Assembly (NCBI GenBank): GCA_973851085.1
Contig: OZ316776.1
Location: 1,240,001-1,304,000 of the forward strand
Direction of reading: 5' to 3'
Source: Ptychomitrium polyphyllum
Taxonomy: Eukaryota
DNA: 64,000 nt
In this document: positions 1 through 12,087 of the stretch, piece after piece
How positions within the stretch are numbered: position 1 is the first letter of the stretch
Layout: each line of letters opens with the position of its first letter
Position numbers and translations under genes: made by a program
Notes under the pieces: model-generated
Database searches by the model: none
What the model was told of the DNA's origin: nothing
Seen by the model: the letters and a program-made list of their open reading frames with translations, nothing else

Positions 1-411
1 CGTGGAGATTCTGAACAAGTAAGCGACTATCTTTTGAACGTATAGCACGTCTGGCTAGCTGCTCTAGTTGGCATTGTGGTGCTTGACGTTGTGGGAGCTA
101 TTGTTTACCGGGGGTTGATGTTTGCGTGCTTGGTCGGAGGCATGTCGTTGTAGAGAGCTAAGACTTGCGCGGGGTTGGGTGGATGATATTGTAGGTATTT
201 ATATTACTTCGAGAAAGGCAACACCCAGGTTACAAGTACGATAATTCAAGGGTTGTTGGAGCTGATCGTGACGGAGATACAAAGCGAGAACACGACTCAA
301 GATATGCAGGTGGATGCATTCCTGGCGAACACGTTGAGATACATTCAGTTCCAGAAGCACAAGGGTGACTCAGTCGCGGAGCGATACAGCGATATTCAAG
401 TGCCGAGCTAG
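1..411 (+). CDS. VPS35: Second (inverted) copy of the VPS35 3' end: tail of the penultimate exon (1-18) and last exon (195-411); continues off the window's left edge
   Basis: 1-626 reads as the reverse complement of 1316-1941. The GT donor is at 19 and the AG acceptor at 193-194. The last exon encodes YLYYFEKGN...[20 protein letters not shown], with TAG at 409-411. Confidence 0.8.
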
Positions 412-843
412 GGGCAGGGTATGCCAGGACTGTGGTGTTGTTCTCTGCATCATAAGCTGTGACAGCTGTGGGTATTTTTGTAAAGGATTGTTTTCTGCCG
501 CATGGCCGCATGTTGTCCTGTCGTTCTGTACAAGTTTATATATCTGCGGCAGAGGTTGCTGTGTTGTAGTGAGGGCCGTGTAGGTTGAGGACTTCTTATG
601 TTGAAGTCGTGTCTAGTCAATTGTACAATAATAATTCTTATCAACTTATGAGTTCTTAGTCTTCTTTGTAGTTGGATATGTTTTTTCTCCTTTTGTCGTG
701 GTTTTCTTTGACGGCTGTAATTGATACGTTTTCCTTAGTAGTTGCAGATGGAGATTTGCATGTATTGTGTGGTTGATTATTTAGTGGATGAGTTACTCTT
801 CTTTGGAGCATGTTATTGTGAAATCAATGCAAGGAAAATCAGA

Positions 844-1265
844 GTTCGTAACTTGGTGTTAAACGTCATGTGTGTTTACTTAGCGGTGTTATGAATGCAT
901 TGTATCTTATCTTATGTGTAAATTTGGTACTTTCCCCTAATCTTTTACTACTACACAAGTCAAGGCCAGGCCAGGAACGATCTTGAAGTATACTCAATCC
1001 TCGANNNNNNNNNNNNNNNNNNNNNNNNNNNNNNNNNNNNNNNNNNNNNNNNNNNNNNNNNNNNNNNNNNNNNNNNNNNNNNNNNNNNNNNNNNNNNNNN
1101 NNNNGTTCGTAACTTGGTGTTAAACGTCATGTGTGTTTACTTAGCGGTGTTATGAATGCATTGTATCTTATCTTATGTGTAAATTTGGTACTTTCCCCTA
1201 ATCTTTTACTACTACACAAGTCAAGGCCAGGCCAGGAACGATCTTGAAGTATACTCAATCCTCGA
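844..1265. other. 100-N scaffold gap (1005-1104) flanked by a 161-bp direct duplication (844-1004 = 1105-1265), probably an unmerged contig overlap
   Basis: The same string gttcgtaacttgg...caatcctcga lies immediately before and immediately after the Ns. Confidence 0.9.
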
Positions 1266-1530
1266 CTACCTCTACACTTCCAGAATTAAAACAAACGTCA
1301 AATTCTGATTCTAAGGTACAATTGACTAGACACGACTTCAACATAAGAAGTCCTCAACCTACACGGCCCTCACTACAACACAGCAACCTCTGCCGCAGAT
1401 ATATAAACTTGTACAGAACGACAGGACAACATGCGGCCATGCGGCAGAAAACAATCCTTTACAAAAATACCCACAGCTGTCACAGCTTATGATGCAGAGA
1501 ACAACACCACAGTCCTGGCATACCCTGCCC

Positions 1531-4500
1531 CTAGCTCGGCACTTGAATATCGCTGTATCGCTCCGCGACTGAGTCACCCTTGTGCTTCTGGAACTGAATG
1601 TATCTCAACGTGTTCGCCAGGAATGCATCCACCTGCATATCTTGAGTCGTGTTCTCGCTTTGTATCTCCGTCACGATCAGCTCCAACAACCCTTGAATTA
1701 TCGTACTTGTAACCTGGGTGTTGCCTTTCTCGAAGTAATATAAATACCTACAATATCATCCACCCAACCCCGCGCAAGTCTTAGCTCTCTACAACGACAT
1801 GCCTCCGACCAAGCACGCAAACATCAACCCCCGGTAAACAATAGCTCCCACAACGTCAAGCACCACAATGCCAACTAGAGCAGCTAGCCAGACGTGCTAT
1901 ACGTTCAAAAGATAGTCGCTTACTTGTTCAGAATCTCCACGAATAGCGTCATTGGCCCATTGCTTCCTCGGGTAGCACTGGACATCTGTTGCGCAGCGTT
2001 GGCGATTCTCAAACCCCGTTTCAAGCATAGCAGCACCCTGTGCACGGTAAAAAATAACTTTTAGGTCTCAAATACTCACAGGTCACCGATATTCTACGAG
2101 GCATTCATGTTGAAACGTTCTGCCCGTCAAGTAGTTATCACCAACCTCCCTTAAATGCAGTGTATACAGTGCAGTCCACAACAAATGGAAAAGGAGCCCC
2201 GGTGATCTTCCTAGCGACCAGCTCTATTGGAATCAAAGAAGCAATTCACCTTTCCCCGTCCTTCACACCGCTTCCCTCTTCCACCCAGAATAGATGAGAG
2301 CAAGCGTACACAGCCCTGCACTGATCGGGCTTCTTCAACAACTTCGCTGAATACTGCTTCCAAAAAACGAACCGTTAGCAAGTTGTGTACAGCAATCTTT
2401 CTCTGGAACATCTTTCTACCACCAAGGATAACGAATTGCACATTACTAGACGCGTTTTCATTTTCGTGGTCTTTGTGATCCACAAAACCAACTTTGAACA
2501 ACCGTGCACGGTAGCCAGTTTCCCGTGCCAGCCTGGCATACTAGCAGCATGCACAAGGAAAGGAGATCTCTGATAACTGAATAAGCACATAAGCACCAGA
2601 TTTTTAATCAACAAGCATCATATCAGCGGGTTCCAATCCAATCATTTCCACTACGCTTTAACCTTCTCTTTCAGGACCTTATAACAATTGCAAATCAAAG
2701 TCAGCAGTCTCTTTCAACAGCAAGAACATGCACCGGTGCTTAGAGTTTACCCCTGTCGCCTTGTGCGTAAGCGTGTCTCTGTTCTCCACACCAAAAACTC
2801 GAGTTCTCTGCAGGGTGCCAATTATCAGCTGCAAAGCAGTCACCTGGGCCTTCGAGTCCTGTGCACCACAAAAAGGTGCAAATTTATTACCCTCCTGTAC
2901 AGCGTCCACAAGCCAATAACCGAAAAGAGCGTATCCTGTCTACATATCCTAATCCATAATACACGTTAAAGAAGCACCGCTCACCGCAATCTCCTCCTCA
3001 TAGATCATGAAAGCCTGTGTGAAAAACTCGTAAGCAACCGGCTCCAAGTTGCACACACCCGCGGCCTGATGGCACACAATATATCCAGGTAATTAACACA
3101 AAGACCAGCTCACGTGAAGCATTAACTTCATCGCTCAACCAACCTCAGCCTTCAATACGGGGGCAAAACAACTTCAAGTAATCCCATTCAAACTCCTGAT
3201 CCAATTAATCTGTTCTCCTAATCAAAGAGCCATAAGTCCTGCAAAAACTATCAAAACGAAGCAATACAGTAGGCCCCCCAGGTAACTGCAGGATACATGG
3301 ATAGAGACACAAGAGAACAAGAAAACTTCACCTCCGCACATTGCAAGTACAGCCGCAACGCAAGTTCAGGAGCTGGTACCACTGACAGCGCCTCCACAGT
3401 CTACCACATCCCAAAATATGTCAAATGAGGATCTCGAATGCCTCCATCAACATCGTCCTCCGCTAATACCACTGACAAAAAATCTCCTCCGCTTCAGATC
3501 GTTTAAAACAGAGAGACCCCTCGCCAGTAATCAAAGACGACGGCACCGATGTACTACCACTCATAAGATCATCTCAGCAGACTCAGATACAGTACAAATA
3601 GTATTGCAAGATGAAAACCACTACCTAATATGCAGTCCGAGAAAAGGAGATGCCATGCTCACCTGATGCAAGAACTGAAACACCTTCTTCAAGGATACAG
3701 GGCCATCATCTGGGACATCCTCATTTTGCAGCGACCGCACCAACTGTATCCCACATCCACGACCTCACGCTTCATATGCTGCCCACTTCAGAAGTAAAAT
3801 AGCCGCGACTCACGAAGTAATCTTACATGTAAAGCACAGAAGAAGAAGGTCAAGTGAGAGATTAGCACCTTCAGAGCAGCAAATACCAGAGGTGGAAGAG
3901 TGAATGGCAGTCTTCTTGGACCCCCTTGACCAAACTGCTTCCTTGCGGTCAATAAAATCTGCAACCCAAACCATCCAGTAAGACCCCCACACACCATCAC
4001 GCAGCTTTCCCACTGCTGTATATCCCTCTCGACTCTCACCTCCTCACCTCGACAGCCAACATCGGGACTTCCAAGACTTTCACATTAGGAGCATGCAAAC
4101 GGCCACTCTGGTTCTTCAAAGAACGTGTCACATTCTGGTCCCCACCTGGAACATCTGCTCGTTATCATCGTTCACCAACATGTGTACCAGACGCGCCACC
4201 AGATTTTGCTCCTCCTTGAAGTCTTCCTCGTCCAACTGTCCACAGCCAGTTCAAGATCTCATGACCTGATACAATCAAGCTGTTCCAGAAAGGGATATCT
4301 GCTGAGAGAGCAAACCACCGAAGGGAATAACGTGACCATCCCCATCACCCACACCTACCTCATCAATGGATGGTGCCCCCTCACTGTCCTGGATGAGCTC
4401 TTTCAAAAGATCAAACAGTCCGTCCACCTGCCATTGCAATGCATTTCATCAGTTTCTCCAGAACCAAGGCAGGACAAAAAGCCAAACAATCCGAGAATGC

Positions 4501-7500
4501 ACTCGTGCCTCGTTCGTCACTCAAACCGAGACGTGCAGCAGATCAACGTACTAGTCCACCTAAAATCGGAATTGGTGAGGTTCTTGACAAAATACATGCT
4601 CGATTCACTACCACTGTAAACACATCCCCGTATTAAAACATCAAAGCACGGAACCCAAATACTGCAACATTAGCACGATTCACAGCAAAAAGAGATACGG
4701 ATAGGAGGAGCTGATGCATATCGTTAACGCGCTGTCATGCCAATCAAGTTTCTGGCAGTTCTGCTCACTATTCGCATCCAGCTGAGACAGGAAAGCGGCA
4801 TCCACACACAAAAGACTACCTTCTCAGGAGCTGTAATCAGAGTGTTGTTTGTCAGAATTGACTGTATCAGGACCACTGCCATCACCCTGTTCGTGTCATA
4901 GTCCAAGTGCTCCATCACCTTTCCATAATTACTCAGCCTCAGGATGGTCACCATGTCCTTGTACTTCTCTAGAGGGGCACTCAACAGGGCTACCAGCTGC
5001 TTCGTCGCTTTTGCGTCCTTCACCTTCCCTTTACCTTCGAGTTTCTTTACGCACCCTCCCTATCGTGACCAAACCACAGGAGAACAGCTCAAATACTTCA
5101 GATGACGCAAGCTAAGTATCTTCGACTTTTGCTCTGCACAACATTCATGCAAATTTCGCGGCCCCAACAACTCCCCCATTTGCCTCTGAGCGTGTGGTTT
5201 CTCACTTCCAGCCAAATAAACGACAAATTGGAGTAAGTAACGATTAGTCGAATAATTGTTTAGATGATTAAGAAAATACAAAGTCAACAACCAGATAAGT
5301 ACAGGGCTTACCAAAACTTGATCGACGTAATCAAGCCGGTCGACATGAACTCGAAGTACAAAAGTAAGCAGGGCCACATACAAGCTCACAGCTCCCACTA
5401 ATGGCATGTCTGGCTGAGCTTCAATCACCTATTCAAATTCAGTGTCAGTCTGTTGTTAGACAGGAACATGCCCTTCCAAGTTGTTGGCAAGAGTTATCTT
5501 GGTAAAAACCATGGAGGTAAAGAGGCACCAATTTATCATAACTTGACTTCTCTACCGAGCCTTCTGAAACGTGAGAGGAATGCAAGCGTCAGAAATCAAG
5601 TGCTCTCGGAGCACCGCACAAGCTCCAGACCTGAGTACGCTGCAACATGAAGCTGCTTCTGTGGTTCAACTGACCACAAAGATACAACTCGTACGCCAAG
5701 AACCGCACACCTAGATTACCAAACAAGACTAGTTTAAAAAAATTGCATCTGAGCAAGAACGAATCTAGTTGTTACCTCAACAACTGCGTGACTGAACTTT
5801 GTGAAGGCTTCTACTTGTAGAAATTCGGGCAAAACTTCAGGTGAGGCAGCTGCATATTTAGACAGACGTTCCATCAACTGAGACATCACCGTCTTTATGT
5901 CGACTGTTGGCTGCACACGCATACACAGATTAGCCTTATTCATGTCCTCGGCGTTAGCTTCCCTTGCCAAGTTCATATACCATAACTAAGGATATGATTA
6001 AAAATCCCCACCCGCTGGCAACAGGTGCCTACCAGAGCGGCCTACCAGGATGCACGTCTCATTCATCAGCAGTTACAATAAGCGTGCAGGTCACAGCCAA
6101 ACCATTCTTATTTTCTCCAAGAACGAAAAACCAAAGATCGTAGGGGAACCTAAACAGAGAACCCTTCCACCAAAAACAGCCAGTAGAAATAAGAGCGAAA
6201 GTGTAAACGTCAATGACTATTTACCTGTAACTGGGGACACGCACTCAGAAGAGTTTCCAAGGTTTGCAGATGAAAATCATCTGGAAACACCTGAATGATG
6301 CAGTCCATCAAGTAGTACTGCGCAATCTCATCCTTGCAATTCACAATCTATTCCACACAACCAACGCTTCACTCAGTAACTCTCATACTAAAGACAACGA
6401 TCTCACACCCTGTAGCTCATTTTCGAAACAGTCTCATGAATTGGATCAACCATTAATCATGAGAGTAAGAACGAAAGGAAGCTTCTAAATAGGAGCGTCG
6501 TTTCCAAAATATGATCCCCAGGCTCCAAGTCCCAATTCAAGCGAGTCACTGTCACATCGGACTGTCCCATGAAATGACCTGCAAACAGCGGTAGACTTCT
6601 CGAGAAACTCAATAGACGTAATACCTGTTCAAGCACCCGTGGGAGGACAACCTCCTTGTACATCTCCAGGTCTACACCGTCCAGCTGACTTAGCACATGC
6701 AGGTTTTTGCCCACCTGACCCGTACCATCGTTTACAAGAGGTAAGCAACAAACAGCCAAGAAAGACCATCAGACAACACCTGAAGACATATGTCATTCAG
6801 GAATTCTTCGCAATAAGATAAGTGAAAAGACGTTCAGACCTTTGCTACAAACTTCATACATGGGACGCATAGGTCGATAGTAAATACTGGAGGAAAATAA
6901 ACTATGCTCGTCATAAGAAATTTCAACCCTTACCAAGTCACGAAGCTCACTTCGTTCTTTCTCCCGTTTCTCTTTCTCTCGAGCAGGTCCCTGCTTGCAT
7001 CACGACGATCGACAAAAGCAGCACGGTCAGCTCCCCTGTGCACGGAGAAAAATGCCAACAGGCACTCTCTTCACCGATACCATTTTAAGGATTTCAAGGC
7101 CCTCACGTGTGGCCGCTATGTACCCCCAGTTCAATGAACCATACCCAACATATCACCAAGCCAAGCAGGAGAGGTGACCAAACCTGATGTTGCATCCGCA
7201 CCCACAATTTGTTCATCTCAGTGAAGTTCTGAAGCACGAACTCCACCGCGTCCATCACATTGCCACCTTCCCTGAAACACAGTTTTAAGTTAAGAAGAAA
7301 ACCTAAATCATAGAAAATCAGAAACAGCGGATTGATTCGCTAAGAGCATGGAATATAACCTAAACCACAAAGTCAGCTCCTAACAACACTCGGTGGCATC
7401 GCCGGCACTTGAGCACCGTCAAAGAATGCACTCGTGTCAGCACCACTTCGATTGTAATTAGGTTCCGGTAGTAAACAAGCTAGCAATGCAGGTGTAAATT

Positions 7501-8497
7501 GCGAATCACCCTTCGTAAGGTGATCCAACGTCTGGCAGCTTGTCCCGGCTGATTTGAGACAGGTAACTCCGCAAGAAAAGCCCCCGAATCGGCTGCTGCA
7601 CGCCGCGGCTCATCTCCACCAAATCCTTCAGAATGTCCTTCGCTGGCGCTTCTTGTGACTTGATGTACACCGATCCAATGGTGATGAGCAGGTACCTACA
7701 CGTCCCAAACAAGCCCGACCTGATGAGCTCCACCTTCAAATCCATTTGCTTGATGGAACCCGACACTCGACCCGTCACCTCACGTGCTCTCCGCACATGC
7801 AAGGGGGGGCTGATCTCACGGACATCGAGAACTTACAATCGCGGTAAAATGTTTCCCGAATGCTGGACAAGCTCGTACAAGTCGGCATTGCTGCGCCCTC
7901 GCTTCGTCTCCTCTTTGAAAAACGACTCCAGCTGCCTCAGCTCATCGAACGTCCTCATGTCTTGTCACATGTCAAGGGCGCCAATCCTCACCGTCTCCTC
8001 ACCACAGCCCCCTCAACCAGCCCCTCTACAAAGAGATTCATCGACCGCAGACCACACAAGACGCCACCAAGTGGCCCAAGCAACTCAGACCAGCACCTCG
8101 CACGACCGGTCAGCTCTCTATCATCCACCGTTTCCAAAGCCCTAAACACCTCAAACCAAAGCACACAGCACCCAGGATACAGAGCTCGTAGTACTTCTGC
8201 GGCGACAGCTTCGACGTCCGAAGCTCCGACAGCATCTGCGCCGAGTACTTCAGCGCATCCCTCAGATTACTGGCGTCCTGCACGCCCGAACACCACTCAG
8301 AAAAGCCCCGCCAACCCCGCCCCTGTCCGCGCAAGGGGACGCCACCGATCGAGCCCTAGAAGCGAATGCAGGTCACGCCAACTTACCACAGCGCGGTGCA
8401 TGAAGAAGGCGTTGTGCTGCACGAGCGCCACGGCGTCCGCGAGCCATTTGTCCTGCTCCTCGGCGCTGCTCACGGCGTCCTCCGGCACCTGCACCAT
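1531..8497 (-). CDS. VPS35: Retromer cargo-recognition subunit VPS35, multi-exon
   Basis: Exons encode [54 protein letters not shown], the PRLYL motif, [52 protein letters not shown] and [20 protein letters not shown] at 8497, TAG at 1531, GT-AG junctions at the introns I checked. Confidence 0.96.
7961..8180 (-). other. Probable U12-type (minor spliceosome) GT-AG intron, intron 2 of VPS35
   Basis: 5' splice site GTATCCTG. Branch-like CCCTTGAC lies at 7978-7971, 10 nt before an AAG 3' splice site, with no polypyrimidine tract. Confidence 0.8.
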
Positions 8498-11400
8498 CGC
8501 TGCCCAGCCGCGACGCCCGCCGGTCCGGCCGCGCGGAGAGTGGCGTTTTAGAATTTGGGCGCACAGGCACTCGCACAGCGCAGATCCTGGAGAGCCAAGA
8601 GCAGCCCCGCGTCCCTCCTCACTCTCTGTGCAGGGGCCGCAGCTCTCTCGCCCCGACTGCTCACAGTTCCATGCTTTCGACGGACTGCCAACTGGGCTGC
8701 GTTGTGTAGTGTTTTTGTACGCTGCTGGCAGTGGCATGTTTACTTGGCAGCGTCCTTCCTGGGTGCACTTTTGCCACGTGTAGCTGTGAAGATGAGATAG
8801 TTTTTGCTTCGAAGGCATGACGTATCCAGGGCACTTTCTCTTGGTTAGTTCCAAGTACGGAGGAGATGAGTTGGAGTGAGTTGGAATTTGGAAGTGCTAG
8901 TTCTGTATATTGATATGTGTGTTTGAATTTAGAGAGCACAAGCAATTTGGACTTGTATTGTTGGGGTTTTCAAGCTTTGACTAAAAATATTATAGAAACA
9001 CATTTCAATGGTTGTAAAATATTGAAAATATACTTTATGTATATCTAGATTTGTAATGCTAAGTTTGTTAATGGTAATCAACTTTAGCCACCATACAAAT
9101 TTTAGCCGCCATTTTTTAGCCTTAGATTTTAGAAGTTGTCATAAGATTTTCAATTATAAATGAATGAAGTACTCTTTTCTTTTTCAAATATTCATCAATT
9201 TAGATGAATTTCATTTTCATTAAACATTAATTACCTCTATCATATGAAAAATGAAGGCTCTTGATTATCATATTATAGTGTATCAGAATTGTATTATAAA
9301 GCGAGTTTTGAACTTGATAAATTGGTTGCTTAAAAATTTGTTGCATAATTTAGTTGTTGTATAATCAAATGATGTACTAACATTGTTAGAATGTACTTAG
9401 TAATATCAAACTTTCCACTCATGTAATTGCTACAATTAATATATGTCATGAAGCTCATGTAATGAGTTTCACTATGACACTTGATATTGAAAGATGTGTT
9501 TCAAAATGCATTTGTATGTATCTTTATTAAGGTATTGCTCAAATTGCAAGGAAGAATTAATGGCTTTCTATTGCTTGTCATTCCAAGTCTACAAGTAAAC
9601 CAAGAAGTGATGCATGTTGAGTTCTTTGGAATGTGCATCCACATTTACAAATATATTTTATCCAGGATTTCTAATTAGGATTTATTTAGAAAGTATTGAG
9701 CCAAGCACGTGCGCATTCAAAAGTTCCTCTGTAGAAGGTGGATGTTAAACAATAGAAGTATGTTTGCATATCACATACATTTAGATTGATTGTTTTGTCC
9801 AATTGGAAGATTCTCCAATTTCTAGGTGTATAAATTGGTGGTATTTTTTGTCTATTTTTTAAAAAGAAAACTATCTTGTTGATGTATGGATGGATGTAAC
9901 TAGTTTTTTAGCAAGTCATTTGTTATGAATATTGTAATTACCTCTCAAATCTACCATATTATAATGTGCAAATATACTTTTGAAGTACTCTATATCAATA
10001 TAGAACTTCTACTTTGATTGATTCTTTTAATTGATTTTTGTGATGAATATGATTTGTCTAGAAATATAAAGTCATTATTTTTATTTTAAAAACTTTTTTT
10101 TTGCATTCTAATATATAGTGATTGTAGCAATGTGCCTAGGCTGTAATTGTTTTTTTTTTCTTACTCTATTTGAAGATGTTTCAATAGTAAGTGAGCTAGT
10201 ACCACAATTTTAATAAGGACTCATAGAGAGCCTAAAATAAAAGTAGGCATAGATCAATATCTTCTATTTTTATTAATTTCTTTCCAAAGATTTTTGATGT
10301 CTCCACTATTATCTTTAAAATCCACTTACTTTTAATTTCAAGAATTTACTAGGAATTCATTGTAAATCTAAAAAATCTACTAATTTAGAACATTTCTAAA
10401 TGATAATTTCATATAAATTCATCCATTTTTAACATAATATGAAATTTTTTATTGTTAGCCTTGGTTGTAAATCATATGTTCTATGCATTTGTAAAGATCT
10501 ACATTAAGTTTTTGTAGAAATTTTATTTGTTGAGGTTATTCATTGGTATATAATTTATGGCTTTTGGATTTATAGATTTTATTTTTTGGAAGTGCCTCTT
10601 TGTTAATTAAAAAGAGATAGATGGTACAATTTCTGTTAATTTTTTTGATATTTAAACCTTATATGAAATTTTGAATTGCAATGTTTTGGATGATTAAGTA
10701 GATGAATTAAATAAGACTTGAAGCAATCTTGTATACATACAAATTTAAGTTAAAAACATAATAACATATATGAAGTTTTAGTTTTTTTTATTAATTTTAT
10801 TAAACCAACATATATTGGATAAATATTTAATATAATGAAAACACATTTTTACATACAACATCAATTTGTAGCAAATTGTTGTTGTCTAATAAACAAAGTG
10901 GATTGATAAAGTACAATGATGTAAACAAATGTAAGATGTATAATGCCTTTTCTTTAAAATTAAAAACATATAAATATAACATTCCAAAGCTTTGTAATAA
11001 AATGAAATAAAAATTATACCACCTATTTATGCGTTTGTTTGTTTTCCTAAAACACTTTTGAATAGCTAATATTTTTAACTCATTCTACATATACAAAAAA
11101 AAATTATAAATACATATACATATAATCATTTACAAGAATCTTAGGTTTTAAACTTAATTTGGCTACCTTTATCAATTAATTATGGCTTTAACAACACACT
11201 AATAATTCAAAACTCTAAATTTACATTGTTTATTGGTTTTTTTTTTATACAAAACTTTATTTCATAACATATCTAAAATAATAAAATAAGTTTTGAAATG
11301 AACATAAGAAAAAACGATAAACAGCTGGATTTAATGAGTATGAACAACAAAAGAATTGCACTCCACGCCGTATAGTGTGTACAAAAAAAAGTTTAGACTT

Positions 11401-12087
11401 TCAATAGTTGAAATATAAGGCAAATTAAATTATGGAGCCAACCACAAACAAATTTGACTGGTTTGGTAGTGTAACACATTGTACAAAGATTTTGAAGTTT
11501 CTCAAATCCACGGAAGCAGATTCTCCACTAATTGTGTTCTGCCAAAGGTCCAACTCAGGCTCTGCTCTCACTGCTGAAGTGTCTCACTGCTCTGCATTTA
11601 GGTACTGTCATTGTGAAGCAACTAGCAGATGCTCTGATTCACTACAGTACTAGCCTTTAACAAGTAATGAGCATAACCAAACCAACTCCAGGCCAAGCCA
11701 AAGTACCAACTTTTTGGAGATGAATCAGGAATGTAAAAAGAGAAGTGCACTTGAAGATATATCATCACTCAAGCTACACCATGTTGTTTTGAATTCACCA
11801 TCACTGCTAGGAGTCTTCCGAGGGAGCTCATAACCTTTGCAAGGTGCAGTTCTCACAAGGTTGTTACAAGACAAGTAATGGTAAGCCAGTAATGAGCTTT
11901 AGGATACTCTGATTAAGTTGCAGAATCTCTACATCTGCAGAGGGACTGGGAGTAGGGTGGCTCTGCTGGTAACCCTTCCAGTTTGATATGGTGTACACCA
12001 CTTTGACCTGCTCGTCACAGTTAGCTCAAGCCCCGAAGTAACAAATCTAGAAATAACCGTTATGAGTGTTCACATTCCCTAAGCATT

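Larger units (their letters stand above)
1..1941. repeat. Inverted repeat, arms 1-626 and 1316-1941 (left arm truncated by the window edge)
   Basis: Mirror-image ORFs with identical translations (230..511- equals 1431..1712+; 365..583+ equals 1359..1577-). Paired positions sum to 1942. Confidence 0.95.

Noticed and set aside
230..1712. Pairs of identical 72-aa and 93-aa ORFs
   Set aside because: By-products of the inverted repeat, in antisense or off-frame readings of the VPS35 last exon and UTR.
7860..8783. 307-aa plus-strand ORF and neighbouring long ORFs
   Set aside because: Antisense to GC-rich VPS35 exons 1-3 and its 5' region, low-complexity, no domain. A shadow ORF.
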